Of a stretch of DNA of 59,912 bases, positions 1-10,080 are shown one piece after another. The notes beneath the pieces are model-generated. The model was given only the letters and a program-made list of their open reading frames with translations. It did not search any database and was not told where the DNA came from. The first letter of the stretch is position 1, and every line of letters begins with the position of its first letter. The translations under genes and the position numbers were made by a program. The stretch spans positions 1 through 59,912 of IMG/VR virus record IMGVR_UViG_3300025770_001265; one strand, written 5' to 3'. This DNA comes from a virus. Lineage: Duplodnaviria > Caudoviricetes.

Positions 1-300
1 CAGTAGCTCCTCAGAAAGTAGCTCTAGTAGTTCTATTACTGCTGGTAGTAGTGCTAGTAGCTCATCAGAAAGTAGTTCCAGTAGCTCCTCAGAAAGTAGC
101 TCTAGTAGTTCTATTACTGCTGGTAGTAGTGCTAGTAGCTCATCAGAAAGTAGTTCTAGCTCCTCAGAAAGTAGTTCTAGCTCATCAGAAAGTAGTTCCA
201 GTAGCTCCTCAGAAAGTAGCTCTAGTAGTTCTATTACTGCTGGTAGTAGTGCTAGTAGCTCATCAGAAAGTAGTTCCAGTAGCTCCTCAGAAAGTAGTAG
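1..300 (+). repeat. 78-bp tandem repeat (copies at 1, 79, 199) with 21-bp subrepeats
   Basis: Unit cagtagctcctcagaaagtagctctagtagttctattactgctggtagtagtgctagtagctcatcagaaagtagttc recurs; all unit lengths are multiples of 3. Confidence 0.9.
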
Positions 301-322
301 CTCTAGCTCGCTTACTATTTAA
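1..322 (+). CDS. 3' end of a Ser-rich protein (partial, starts before the window)
   Basis: Frame 2 reads SSSSESSSSSSITAGSSASSSSESSS...SSSSLTI then TAA at 320-322; same low-complexity style as the two downstream giant proteins. Confidence 0.75.
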   Translation, partial: SSSSESSSSSSITAGSSASSSSESSSSSSSESSSSSSITAGSSASSSSESSSSSSESSSSSSESSSSSSSESSSSSSITAGSSASSSSESSSSSSSESSSSSSLTI

Positions 323-368
323 TTAGATTCTTGCCAAGCGACATAAGCTACTTTAATATTTTGCATTT

Positions 369-3300
369 ATGGCCGAAGTCTATATAGATAGCGACAAAGA
401 AGTTCTTAAAATTAACGGCAGGTGCTACTATAAAGTACCTGGCGATAAAGCATACAGAACTCATCTAGGAAATGTTATCGAAGACGATTTCAGCGATTGT
501 AGAGATTGCTATGAAATTACATCAATAGTAGCTAGCTCTACAACTACTATTAATGGAGATCGTACTAAACTTAGATTCAAAGGCTTAGTTGGAGAAACGG
601 CTCTTTTAATATTTGATACTGGTACGGCGATTTACAACATACATATTGCCAATATCGGAGGATCATTTGTCTGGGATTATGGTAATAATAATAATGTCCT
701 ACACACATTTGGCGCCCCGCCGGAAAACTATACATTTGTACTAGGTTCGCATACCCACACTATCGAATTTATAGAACTTGGAAGTTTTATATTTAATGTA
801 AAATTCAATATTACAGATGTAGTAACGCCTGAAGCTGGCATGGTAGGCTCCATAGATAATGATGATGCAGGCCTCAATGAATGGCTTCAATATGGTAAGA
901 GAGTTAAGTTGTGCGTGGATACTGGAACTTCAAGCACAAATTGCTTTACAATAGACTACGGAGATAATGATGGTGCAGGAGTTCCAATTTTAACAAATGA
1001 TCAGCTATTTCAAGAATTTGTCCGACAAGTAAACCAAGCGAATCTTGGAATTACCGGACTCGTAGACAGTAACGGTGATTTAATCATTTATGACAACACT
1101 ACTAAACTTAGCCCAGACCTTAGTTTAACTGTTATAGACATAGGAGGTAATGTACCTGACATCACTGTTACTGTATCAGAAGAACCCGCATTCGACGCAG
1201 ATAGGGACGGAACTCCTAATTATCTAGATTCAGACCCATTTGGTGAAGTAGGTGCAAGAGTAGCCGGTCTAAACGTAGGCAGCCTTCCCATTGAGTTTGG
1301 AACTAACGTAAGCGATTACATCTCAATTTGTATATCCGGTATTTGCTTTGAGTCAGCAACGCCTGCAACCACTACGATTAACGCACTAAATAGCATAGTA
1401 AGTCAGGTAAACTCCGGAACGGCACAATCCGGAATGAGGGCTTCATTTACAGGTGGAATTTTCAAAACATGGTTCCCTGCTAATAATAGAGTTAAACCTT
1501 GGATGCAGGTTAAATATTCAATAGGAACTATAAATAATGGGATGCTGACCTACCTAGATGGTAGTACTATTTTGGATCTCACTGATTCAGACAATGATGG
1601 TATTCCGGATTCGTCAGATAGTGATCCTTTGGGACTGACCAATACTGGAGTAACTCCAGCAGTATTTGATGACGCAAATATTCCGAATACATTTCCGACG
1701 CATGAGAATGATAAAATTAAAATTTGTGTTGCAGGGCGGTGTTATGAATCTGATCTTCCACCTACGACAAAAGCAGCAGCTTTAGAGCAGATAGCTAATA
1801 AAATTGCAGCAGATTATGCCGCTGGTTTAATTCCATATACAGCGACATATGATGCCGTTAATCAAGATCTTATAATCATAGACGCATTAACTGGATTAGC
1901 TCCAACTCCTATAACGGCTACCGTCGTAACGGGTGGAGTTGAATCTAGCTTACAAGAAGGTCAACTAGCTACGCCAATACCCGTAACTGGTGAGTATGGA
2001 ATTACTGGGTTTAATGGGGATCTAGCGGGAGCTAATGGAACTTACGTTATAGAAGATAATACTGTAGGTGGAAAACCAACGTATTCTAACGGAGAAGGTT
2101 GGTACATGTTCTGGGACGGAAGTCAGTGGGTAATTACAAATAGCCCGTATGATAAAACTGGATCTTGGATAGGAAATGGTTCTGCTGAGATTGGTGCGGG
2201 GAATTTTGACACAACTAATGGGCATAATGGATTTGATGTTCAAGTTGCAACAGCCACAGAAGAGTCCATAGAAATATCAGGATTAGCTGGATTGTACGCT
2301 GGTGCTAACTCTAGTTTTTCAGTTGACGGCGGGGATTTGAATGGAAAACCAACGTACTCTAATGGGGCAGGTTGGTACATGTTCTTTGATGGTAGTACTT
2401 GGGTAATTACAAACAGCGCTTATGATAAAACAAGCCTTTGGCTGACAAATGGGAATGACAATCCCGCTGCTGGTTCATATGATACGGGTATTCCTATTAC
2501 AGGATTTACTCCTCCTAAGGACGAGGCTAATGGGAACTATAGGAAAACAGGTCAATTAGATGTATACGGGATTCCTATATACGAAAATGAAAATGGCTGG
2601 AAACTCTCTTACAATCCGGACAAAGGTGGTTGGATACTGTTTAAGGGACTATGGCCAAGTGCAAGTTGGATAGGAAGCGGAAATCAAACTGGAGATCCTA
2701 GTAATTCTGTTTTTGACTATACACTACATGGTGGGTCTGCTGACTTTGCAAGTCAGGGTGGTACATCAGGAGTTGTACAAGTATCTGCAGAGTCGGAGTT
2801 GGATGTTCCTTTTACTGAGTTTGTATTAAATCTTGCTACTCCCACTCCCACGGTACCTCCAGTAGACACTACTGCCATTTCTAGTAGTTCCTCTAAATCT
2901 AGTAGCTCATCTAAATCCAGCTCCAAGTCTAGTAGTTCTAAATCCAGTAGCTTCAGTAGCTTCAGTAGCTCCTCCTCAGATTCTGATGGATCCAGTAAAT
3001 CCTCTAAATCTAGTTCCAACTCTAGTAGCTCCTCAGTTTCTAGTACATCCAGTAGCTTCAGTAGCTCCTCCTCAGATTCTGATGGATCCAGTAAATCCTC
3101 TAAATCTAGTTCCAACTCTAGTAGCTCCTCAGTTTCTAGTACATCCAGTAGCTTCAGTAGCTCCAAGTCTAGTAGCTCATCCAAGTCCAGTAGTTCCTCT
3201 AAGTCCAGTAGCTCCAAGTCCAGTAGCTCTTCCAAATCTAGCAGCTCTTCCAAGTCCACTAGCTCCAAATCCAGTAGCTCCAAATCCAGTAGCTCCAAGT

Positions 3301-4709
3301 CCAGCAGCTCCTCCAAGTCCAGCAGTTCCTCTAAGTCCAGTAGCTCCAAGTCCAGTAGCTCTTCCAAATCTAGCAGCTCTTCCAAGTCCAGTAGCTCCAG
3401 TAGCTCTTCCAGGTCCAATAGCTCCAAGTCTAGTAGCTCTTCCAAGTCCAGTAGCTCTTCCAGGTCCAATAGCTCCAAGTCTAGTAGCTCTTCCAAGTCC
3501 AGTAGCTCTTCCAAATCCAGTAGCTCCTCTAAGTCCAGTAGCAGCTCTGAGCAGGAACCTGCTCTGCCAACCTGTGTGTCTATACTCAATTATGCTAATC
3601 CATATGGGGACTTTAATAATCCTCCGATGGAATTGACGTATCAAGGAGGATACGGGCAAGCAGCAACTTGGACCTTCAACACAGGAAACGGCACAACCAG
3701 TGGGGACGCTGAGTATAAAATTTTATATGGCGTGCACCCAACCATTAACTGGATTTTCGGCTGGAAATTAGAACGCCGTTATCTCTGGGCTGATCATGTT
3801 ACTTGGGACCCTTGGACGACGTTAGAGAATCCACATCAAGGCGCGTTTTGGGCGGTCACGCCACAAGACGTGTGGAGTGCCTCCAACAATTACGGCGGCT
3901 ACCGTCCATCAGACTGCACACCCCTTTCATCCACCTCTAGCTCCTCAATCAGCTCTGAGAGTAGCTCCAGTAGCTCCAAAAGCTCGAGTAGTAGTAACAG
4001 TAGTTCCAGTTCCAGTATGTCTAGCAGCTCTTCATATACGGTACCTACTTCTTATCAAACGATAACAGCAGCTGCTAATATTAAAGCATACCCAAGTGCA
4101 GCCACGGGGTGTAACGGAAACGGAGTTAATGTAGTACACCAAACAATTACCGGAGCAACTTCTGGGGAATTTTATTTTATCGAATTTTGGGTAAAAAGAG
4201 ATTTGGCAATGACGACAACTACATATATCAAAAGTGGCGGCGACGGGAGCTCGTGGAACCAAGGGGTGGATTGTTGGGCTCTAGGAGTACCAAAGACAGT
4301 AAGCCAGAATTGTGTGGCCTCTGGTAATTTCGGAACTGAAGGATCCTCCAATCCAGCTGACGACCCTCTTATTACATGGTATGGCTATGGCGGACTTTAT
4401 GATTGGTGTCGGGTTCAGTATAAAGTGCACCCAGGTGCTGGCGATCCGACGAATTCGGCGTTCCCTGGTGGTACCGTTGATGTATGTTTGGGCTTTTGGG
4501 ACGCGTCAGGGATTTCGAGTCCGGTGTTGACAGGTGACGCTTTTAAAATAGCAACACAATCTGGATACGAACCTTGGATGAATGCAGGTTTAGGTGGTGA
4601 TAGGGATTACCGCAAAGGTACTAACATATTGAGCTCGCCAACGGACCTAACTGCTGGAAATTGGGTTAGAACCAGCGATGGCGGCGGTTACCATCTAACG
4701 ATTAGTTAA
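369..4709 (+). CDS. Giant modular Ser-rich protein, putative virion fibre/adhesin
   Basis: 1446 aa: three Cys-pair modules (KLCVDTG..NCF, SICISGICFES, KICVAGRCYES), two Ca-binding-like DxDxDG motifs (DADRDGTPNYLDSDP, DSDNDGIPDSSDSDP), three GKPTYSNGxGWYMFxDGSxWVI-type modules, long poly-Ser/Lys linkers, Trp/Gly-rich C-terminal domains. Confidence 0.7.
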   Translation: MAEVYIDSDKEVLKINGRCYYKVPGDKAYRTHLGNVIEDDFSDCRDCYEITSIVASSTTTINGDRTKLRFKGLVGETALLIFDTGTAIYNIHIANIGGSFVWDYGNNNNVLHTFGAPPENYTFVLGSHTHTIEFIELGSFIFNVKFNITDVVTPEAGMVGSIDNDDAGLNEWLQYGKRVKLCVDTGTSSTNCFTIDYGDNDGAGVPILTNDQLFQEFVRQVNQANLGITGLVDSNGDLIIYDNTTKLSPDLSLTVIDIGGNVPDITVTVSEEPAFDADRDGTPNYLDSDPFGEVGARVAGLNVGSLPIEFGTNVSDYISICISGICFESATPATTTINALNSIVSQVNSGTAQSGMRASFTGGIFKTWFPANNRVKPWMQVKYSIGTINNGMLTYLDGSTILDLTDSDNDGIPDSSDSDPLGLTNTGVTPAVFDDANIPNTFPTHENDKIKICVAGRCYESDLPPTTKAAALEQIANKIAADYAAGLIPYTATYDAVNQDLIIIDALTGLAPTPITATVVTGGVESSLQEGQLATPIPVTGEYGITGFNGDLAGANGTYVIEDNTVGGKPTYSNGEGWYMFWDGSQWVITNSPYDKTGSWIGNGSAEIGAGNFDTTNGHNGFDVQVATATEESIEISGLAGLYAGANSSFSVDGGDLNGKPTYSNGAGWYMFFDGSTWVITNSAYDKTSLWLTNGNDNPAAGSYDTGIPITGFTPPKDEANGNYRKTGQLDVYGIPIYENENGWKLSYNPDKGGWILFKGLWPSASWIGSGNQTGDPSNSVFDYTLHGGSADFASQGGTSGVVQVSAESELDVPFTEFVLNLATPTPTVPPVDTTAISSSSSKSSSSSKSSSKSSSSKSSSFSSFSSSSSDSDGSSKSSKSSSNSSSSSVSSTSSSFSSSSSDSDGSSKSSKSSSNSSSSSVSSTSSSFSSSKSSSSSKSSSSSKSSSSKSSSSSKSSSSSKSTSSKSSSSKSSSSKSSSSSKSSSSSKSSSSKSSSSSKSSSSSKSSSSSSSSRSNSSKSSSSSKSSSSSRSNSSKSSSSSKSSSSSKSSSSSKSSSSSEQEPALPTCVSILNYANPYGDFNNPPMELTYQGGYGQAATWTFNTGNGTTSGDAEYKILYGVHPTINWIFGWKLERRYLWADHVTWDPWTTLENPHQGAFWAVTPQDVWSASNNYGGYRPSDCTPLSSTSSSSISSESSSSSSKSSSSSNSSSSSSMSSSSSYTVPTSYQTITAAANIKAYPSAATGCNGNGVNVVHQTITGATSGEFYFIEFWVKRDLAMTTTTYIKSGGDGSSWNQGVDCWALGVPKTVSQNCVASGNFGTEGSSNPADDPLITWYGYGGLYDWCRVQYKVHPGAGDPTNSAFPGGTVDVCLGFWDASGISSPVLTGDAFKIATQSGYEPWMNAGLGGDRDYRKGTNILSSPTDLTAGNWVRTSDGGGYHLTIS
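2954..3164 (+). repeat. 96-bp tandem duplication within the Ser-rich linker
   Basis: cagtagcttcagtagctcctcctcagattctgatggatcc...agtacatc starts at 2954 and again at 3050, with a partial third copy at 3146. Confidence 0.85.
3165..3548 (+). repeat. Degenerate 15/18-bp repeats encoding (KSSSS/KSSSSS)n
   Basis: aagtccagtagctcc / aaatctagcagctcttcc variants in tandem. Confidence 0.85.
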
Positions 4710-4733
4710 TTTGTATACGAGATAATTTTAACC

Positions 4734-7700
4734 ATGAAACCAAAGGATCTAATTAATAAACGCGGTGTAATATCCGTAGAGCAGGGCAAGAAAATCAAGG
4801 GCGGCGTAGATACGGGAGAACTTGCTTGGACTGTAAAAGTTATTAAAAAAGAAGAAGTTTCAGAGGAAGATCGTATACCAGCTTCTGTAGATGACGAAAT
4901 AGGTATAACTGACGTTGTCGAAGGTTACGTAATAAGACCTCTTGCAGTAGACCCACAAAATAGCGGTACTGCTGCAGCAGGGCATGGAGAAAAACATACG
5001 CCAATCAGAGGTGGTATATCTATAGGGTCGCATAAAAACGGAGCATGGGGAGGAACTGGGACAATGGCTGGCTTTGCAAAGGGAGCTTTAGATGGTGAGC
5101 TTTGTGGGGTAACTAATAACCATGTAGTGGGTTTAGTTTATGACCCAAGTTTGTCTGTGATAGACACGACATTACTTACCCAACATTGTCCGGATTTCAT
5201 ACCTAGTACTAATCCAGATTTGGTGGGTAGGGGTATAATGACAGGCCAACCTGGGATTGCAGATCAACAAGGGAATGGATTTAATACTTTAGGTTCTGTA
5301 AAATACGTACATCCATTTAATATTAAGAAACTTTATGATTCCGTTAGTATTCCCGATAATTATGTCGATGCTGCTTTATTTGATTTAGCGGGTACGCATC
5401 AGTCAGATTACTTTCCTACATCACAACTTTATGATTCAGCTCCTTTGGGGCTTAATCCTAATACACTACCTATATTTGATTTCAATAACTTCCCCTTAAC
5501 GGATAATCAAGATTACGAGATAATCAAGATAGGAAGAACAACAGGGAGAACGCCAACGTTAAGTGACTCTGTAGCGCTTGCAAACGCGGGTATTGGTTAC
5601 ATACCCACCAAAGCAATATCTGGCATAAGTAGTGCAAATATCATAATGTGCGACTCCGGAGGGGTATATGACGTTACTGCTATATTTTCAGACATAATTA
5701 AAGTTTGGATACCTAATTCTGGCACGAGAGGCGTTCGACAAGATTTTAGTAATTCTGGAGATTCTGGCGCTTTAGCATGTATTAAATGGGATGGTGAGTG
5801 GTATATTCTTGGGTTAGTGTTCGCAGGAACTGATCCAGAAAATGGTCAATCTGAGACTTTCATATGTCGTATAGATTATGTAATGAAGGTCTTGCAAATT
5901 GGATCTCATTGGACTCCCGATACTGCACTGCGTAGTAATTTTACTGATCTTTCTGACGTATCACCTGCTTGGGGTGTGGGTAAGTTATGGGATGGTTCTA
6001 TAATAGTGCCTAAAGCTATAACTAGTGATTTTATAAAACTCAACGACGGAGGAACCGGATTTTCAGGGGGAGTATATAATACAAAATCCAGGTATAGAAA
6101 ACTTAAGAGGGTGCGGAAAGATGGTACACATTATCTACAGCCAGCTAATTATGGAGCTGCAAGCTCAGTAGATGAGGTTGAAGCGCTGGTAGTTACAGTT
6201 GGGTCGCACTCAAATCCTGGGCCTACAAATGCGTATTATGTAGATGGGGTTGAGCGTCCTGAATTTGCATGGGATAGAGGAAAAACCTATAAACTCAATT
6301 TAACAAATGTACCCTATACACACCCATTTGCTATAGTTGATGATGATACAAGCCAAGTATTACTTCAAAATCAAAATGGGAGTATAGTAGACTTTACAGT
6401 ACCGTACGGAGTTGGACCTAAAAATATTATTAGATATGAATGCCAAGCTCATGTAGGTATGGGCTCTAATATTAGAATAGGTGCAGGAGCTGCTTTTGTA
6501 AGCTCATCTTCCAAGTCCTCCAGATCCAGTAGCTCTAGCTCCAAGTCCAGTAGCTCCTCCAAGTCCAGCTCCAAGTCCAGTAGTAGTTCCTCTAAGTCCA
6601 GCTCCAGTAGCTCTAAGTCTAGTAGCTCCAAGTCCAGTAGTTCTAAGTCCAGTAGCTCCTCTAAGAGTTCATCAAGTTCGTCAATTACATCTTCTAGGTC
6701 CAGTAGTTCCTCCAGATCTAGTAGCTCTAGCTCCAAGTCCAGTATTAGTTCCTCTAAGTCCAGCTCTAGCTCTTCACAAAGCTCATCTAATTCCTCAGTA
6801 AGTAGCGTTTCTAGTAGCTCGAGTGATGGCCCACTTGCGCTTAATGACTCTAACTTCAATAGCGCGATTACCCTATACTGTAAGCCAGCCAATTATGGTG
6901 GGGATCAAGCCCTGGCTATTCAAACTTATGGTTTGATTGAGTACTGGGATGTTTCTGCCGTGACTAATATGAGCATGGCATTCGGTACCTCCCAGACGGG
7001 TTATAGCCAATTGAATAGCGGACTTTACGGATATAAGGACTTTAACGAGGACATAAGTAGATGGGACACGAGTAGCGTAACAAATATGGGAGGTATGTTC
7101 TGGGCCTGCCAAGCCTTTGACCAGGATATCAGTACTAAACAAGTTACCGTAAATGGTAATACCTATACTGCGTGGGACACTAGTAATGTTGAATATATGG
7201 GCTCCATGTTTCGTCATGATGCCTGGCCTGGGTACGGTAACTTCAATCAGGACATAGGAAACTGGAATACCAGCAAAGTAAAAACGATGGACTCCATGTT
7301 CCGTAAATGGGGGACCTCATCCTACGACGCCTACGGCTTCAGTCATGATATCAGTACTAAACAAGTTACTGTAGGTGGCTCAACCTATACAGCCTGGGAT
7401 GTAAGTAGCGTGGAGGATATGAACTACATGTTCTTCCATAATAAAGTGTTCAATCAAAATATAGGAAATTGGGATACCAGTTCGGTTGCTAACTTCAAGA
7501 GTATGTTCAGTAGCGCAGAAATCTTTAACCAGGACATAAGTACAAAACAAGTTACTGTAGGTGGCGCCACCTACACAGCCTGGGATACATCTGCAGCGAC
7601 GAACATGAACATGATGTTCCACACCACAAGTGCTTTCAATCGAAATATATATAACTGGGATGTTACTGGTGTAACTGATTGTAATACTTTTTCATACCAA

Positions 7701-9341
7701 ACACCCGCAGCATGGAGGACAGTACATAAGCCCTTCTTTACAAACTGTAATCCTGCTACGTATACGCCAGCAAGTAGTTCCAGTAGCTCTAAGTCCAGTA
7801 GCTCCTCAGGAAGTAGCCGTTCTAGTAGTTCCAGTAGCGATAGTTCCCAATCCAGTAGGAGCTCCTCTAGCCATGCAGGTCCGCAAGTTCAGGTATATAA
7901 TGTGGGAGGGCCGTGCAACAATGTAGGAACTCATCCTAACTACACTGGGTGCACCGGCAGCGCGCCAATAATAGTGTGGCATGCAGGTGGAATTCCTTTA
8001 CCTAACCCTACCTCTAATTCATTCGTTGAATTTAAGCATTCCGGACCGGGTACACTCTTGCACGGTGGTAATTGGGTAACAATAGCCAGTGCGCAAAACA
8101 GCACAGGAGTTTACCAACCCAATGACCAACCAGATACTGCTGGATCGGGAACGGTTCTCACCATTGATGGAGTGGGATTCCATACTTTTGAGTTTCGTGG
8201 CACTCTCAATGGAGTTGTAGGCCCCATCGACACTGTCTACTACAACACAGGATATTCCAGCAGCTCCAGTAAGAGCTCCTCTAGTTCCTCCGAATCCAGC
8301 GCTAGCTCACAAAGTAGTAGCAATTCAAGTGCAAGCTCAATGACTGTATCGACGATTACAGGCTACATGACTTTACAGCTTAATGCAGATTATATGGTTT
8401 CAAGTTACGATTCAGGCGATATTCACTCGACTGTAATGGGTCCGCAGGCCAACCCGTGGGGGACTCATCTTGGCTACTGGTCCGGAACTGCTATTGGTAA
8501 AGGCTTCTCTGGGACGCCACCTACATATCAGCTCGTCTACGATGAGTTAGGGCAGTACGGAAAGCACCAATGGGACGTCTATGATATAGCATATGGCGAG
8601 CCAAATTCGACTCGATATGACAATAGATGGAGTGAATTTATGACATGCAGTATAAGGTGGCGTGAACCGATCAATGCTTGGGAAATGACGAATTTTGTTT
8701 TCGACAGCAGTAACAGTTACGTAGCCACTAACGTACTACACACCAACCATCCTGATAATGCGGAAGATAACAATTTTGAAATGCCTGTAAGGCGAGATGG
8801 AACTTCGCTTCGCTGGATCCCGCTTACCGGTGGCCTTGGATCCCCGCCGATTGATAGCACGGCATGGGGAGGAACTGGGACTTACTACAACTACCCAAAT
8901 ACATGGGGCCGTGAAGTAGACCAACAAGGACGTGGCATTAGTTTAGTTGTCGCCAACCCCACATGGGTGTCACCAACAATTGCGGTTACTGGAGTGGGCG
9001 GGGGACCCGCGTCGGGTGGCTCACTGTCGCTGGGCCTAGCCCCAGTAATAACGTATACCACCTCCGTTGCGCCAGCGTCCGTTGAATTTCGAGTAGAACA
9101 AGGACCTAGTGGCACTTGGCCGCAGAACTGGTTATTCGGCGGTAATTGGCAATCAATAAATCTAAGTAACTTTAGCGCAGGAACTTACCAACCATCGGAT
9201 CCCGCAACTGGAGTGGTTATAGATATGACTGGTAGCGCCTCAGGATGGCCTTTTAAAGGATTGCATGAATGTGAAATGCGTTGCACTGACGCACAAGGAA
9301 ATATAAGTACCGTCGAATACTTCGATTTTACCTTAGTATAA
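4734..9341 (+). CDS. Giant modular protein: Nal1-like trypsin-fold serine protease, cupredoxin-like motif, Ser-rich linkers and DUF285/BspA-like repeats
   Basis: Prodomain-like GKKIKGGVDTGELAWTVKVIKK...IP...TDVVE; catalytic triad TNNHV / VDAALF / GDSGA; HPF...YECQAHVGMG; repeats WDTSSVTNMGGMF, FNQDIGNWNTSKVKTMDSMF and 3x DISTKQVTVxGxTYTAWD. Confidence 0.8.
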   Translation: MKPKDLINKRGVISVEQGKKIKGGVDTGELAWTVKVIKKEEVSEEDRIPASVDDEIGITDVVEGYVIRPLAVDPQNSGTAAAGHGEKHTPIRGGISIGSHKNGAWGGTGTMAGFAKGALDGELCGVTNNHVVGLVYDPSLSVIDTTLLTQHCPDFIPSTNPDLVGRGIMTGQPGIADQQGNGFNTLGSVKYVHPFNIKKLYDSVSIPDNYVDAALFDLAGTHQSDYFPTSQLYDSAPLGLNPNTLPIFDFNNFPLTDNQDYEIIKIGRTTGRTPTLSDSVALANAGIGYIPTKAISGISSANIIMCDSGGVYDVTAIFSDIIKVWIPNSGTRGVRQDFSNSGDSGALACIKWDGEWYILGLVFAGTDPENGQSETFICRIDYVMKVLQIGSHWTPDTALRSNFTDLSDVSPAWGVGKLWDGSIIVPKAITSDFIKLNDGGTGFSGGVYNTKSRYRKLKRVRKDGTHYLQPANYGAASSVDEVEALVVTVGSHSNPGPTNAYYVDGVERPEFAWDRGKTYKLNLTNVPYTHPFAIVDDDTSQVLLQNQNGSIVDFTVPYGVGPKNIIRYECQAHVGMGSNIRIGAGAAFVSSSSKSSRSSSSSSKSSSSSKSSSKSSSSSSKSSSSSSKSSSSKSSSSKSSSSSKSSSSSSITSSRSSSSSRSSSSSSKSSISSSKSSSSSSQSSSNSSVSSVSSSSSDGPLALNDSNFNSAITLYCKPANYGGDQALAIQTYGLIEYWDVSAVTNMSMAFGTSQTGYSQLNSGLYGYKDFNEDISRWDTSSVTNMGGMFWACQAFDQDISTKQVTVNGNTYTAWDTSNVEYMGSMFRHDAWPGYGNFNQDIGNWNTSKVKTMDSMFRKWGTSSYDAYGFSHDISTKQVTVGGSTYTAWDVSSVEDMNYMFFHNKVFNQNIGNWDTSSVANFKSMFSSAEIFNQDISTKQVTVGGATYTAWDTSAATNMNMMFHTTSAFNRNIYNWDVTGVTDCNTFSYQTPAAWRTVHKPFFTNCNPATYTPASSSSSSKSSSSSGSSRSSSSSSDSSQSSRSSSSHAGPQVQVYNVGGPCNNVGTHPNYTGCTGSAPIIVWHAGGIPLPNPTSNSFVEFKHSGPGTLLHGGNWVTIASAQNSTGVYQPNDQPDTAGSGTVLTIDGVGFHTFEFRGTLNGVVGPIDTVYYNTGYSSSSSKSSSSSSESSASSQSSSNSSASSMTVSTITGYMTLQLNADYMVSSYDSGDIHSTVMGPQANPWGTHLGYWSGTAIGKGFSGTPPTYQLVYDELGQYGKHQWDVYDIAYGEPNSTRYDNRWSEFMTCSIRWREPINAWEMTNFVFDSSNSYVATNVLHTNHPDNAEDNNFEMPVRRDGTSLRWIPLTGGLGSPPIDSTAWGGTGTYYNYPNTWGREVDQQGRGISLVVANPTWVSPTIAVTGVGGGPASGGSLSLGLAPVITYTTSVAPASVEFRVEQGPSGTWPQNWLFGGNWQSINLSNFSAGTYQPSDPATGVVIDMTGSASGWPFKGLHECEMRCTDAQGNISTVEYFDFTLV

Positions 9342-9342
9342 T

Positions 9343-10074
9343 ATGAATATAGTAAAAGTACATAAAACAGATATCAAAGTAGACATTACCGGTCTAGATA
9401 AAACGACTATTGCTCGAATAGAGAATGGTCGTTATGAAGGAGCGTCACGTAAGCTTTGCGCAAAAGTATTAGACCCAAGTTTGCCATTTCTGGAACTTGG
9501 CGGGTGTATGGGAGTGCAGGCTAATGAGACAGATCCAAATCTAGACAACCCAGAGTTGCATGTAGTAGTTGAGGCTAGCCCTTGGGTATGTGAGCTTAAT
9601 GAAAGAAATAAGAAATTAAATAACTCAAAGTATACCATTATTAATAAAGCAATTCATGGGAGTCTAGAGTCTGTATCGTTTCGCGTTCCTGAAAAGGGGC
9701 AAGAGTTCATCATGACCGGATCAGTTGTCTTACCTGGTTCGAAGCGGATACGATATCCTAATGGTGTCGTTGGAGAAATGGGGACTAATGTAGTGGAGGT
9801 CCCTGCAACTAATGTAACAAAGTTGCTTAATGACATTGGATGGGACGAGGCTGCTATACTGTGTGATATAGAGGGAAGTGAGTTTAATCTATTAATGGAG
9901 GATATGGAGGCTTTTGTTGATCGATGTCCATGGTTAGTCATAGAATGGCACCCAAAATCACGAAAAAAAGGTTTTGGATACCGGAAGAATTTACACAAGC
10001 AGCTATGTGAGAATAAAGAATTTGTACCAGAAGCCTCAAATAATGCAAATATGACTTTTTATAGAAATAAGTAA
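9343..10074 (+). CDS. FkbM-family SAM-dependent methyltransferase
   Basis: FLELGGCMG (motif I), VVVEASP, INKAI, LCDIEGSEF and VIEWH are typical FkbM/Methyltransf_21 motifs. Confidence 0.8.
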   Translation: MNIVKVHKTDIKVDITGLDKTTIARIENGRYEGASRKLCAKVLDPSLPFLELGGCMGVQANETDPNLDNPELHVVVEASPWVCELNERNKKLNNSKYTIINKAIHGSLESVSFRVPEKGQEFIMTGSVVLPGSKRIRYPNGVVGEMGTNVVEVPATNVTKLLNDIGWDEAAILCDIEGSEFNLLMEDMEAFVDRCPWLVIEWHPKSRKKGFGYRKNLHKQLCENKEFVPEASNNANMTFYRNK

Positions 10075-10080
10075 CATAAT

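Noticed and set aside
51-326. 91-aa Val/Leu-rich ORF in the track
   Set aside because: Alternative-frame shadow of the Ser-rich repeat; the frame-2 poly-Ser reading matches the neighbouring genes.
1-3550. Tandem repeats as a possible CRISPR array
   Set aside because: No unique spacers; the repeats are in-frame coding sequence.
2753-3659. LLDLEE-repeat, PVAPS-repeat and GRATGL-repeat ORFs
   Set aside because: Antisense and off-frame shadows of the poly-Ser/Lys linker; repeats in multiples of 3 keep several frames open.
6449-6892. Antisense Leu/Glu/Asp repeat ORF
   Set aside because: Shadow of the Ser-rich linker in the 1535-aa gene.
7120-7590. Three near-identical agtactaaacaagttac segments as DGR template/variable repeats or CRISPR
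   Set aside because: They encode the DUF285-type protein repeat, differences are mostly synonymous rather than adenine-specific, and no reverse transcriptase is present in the window.
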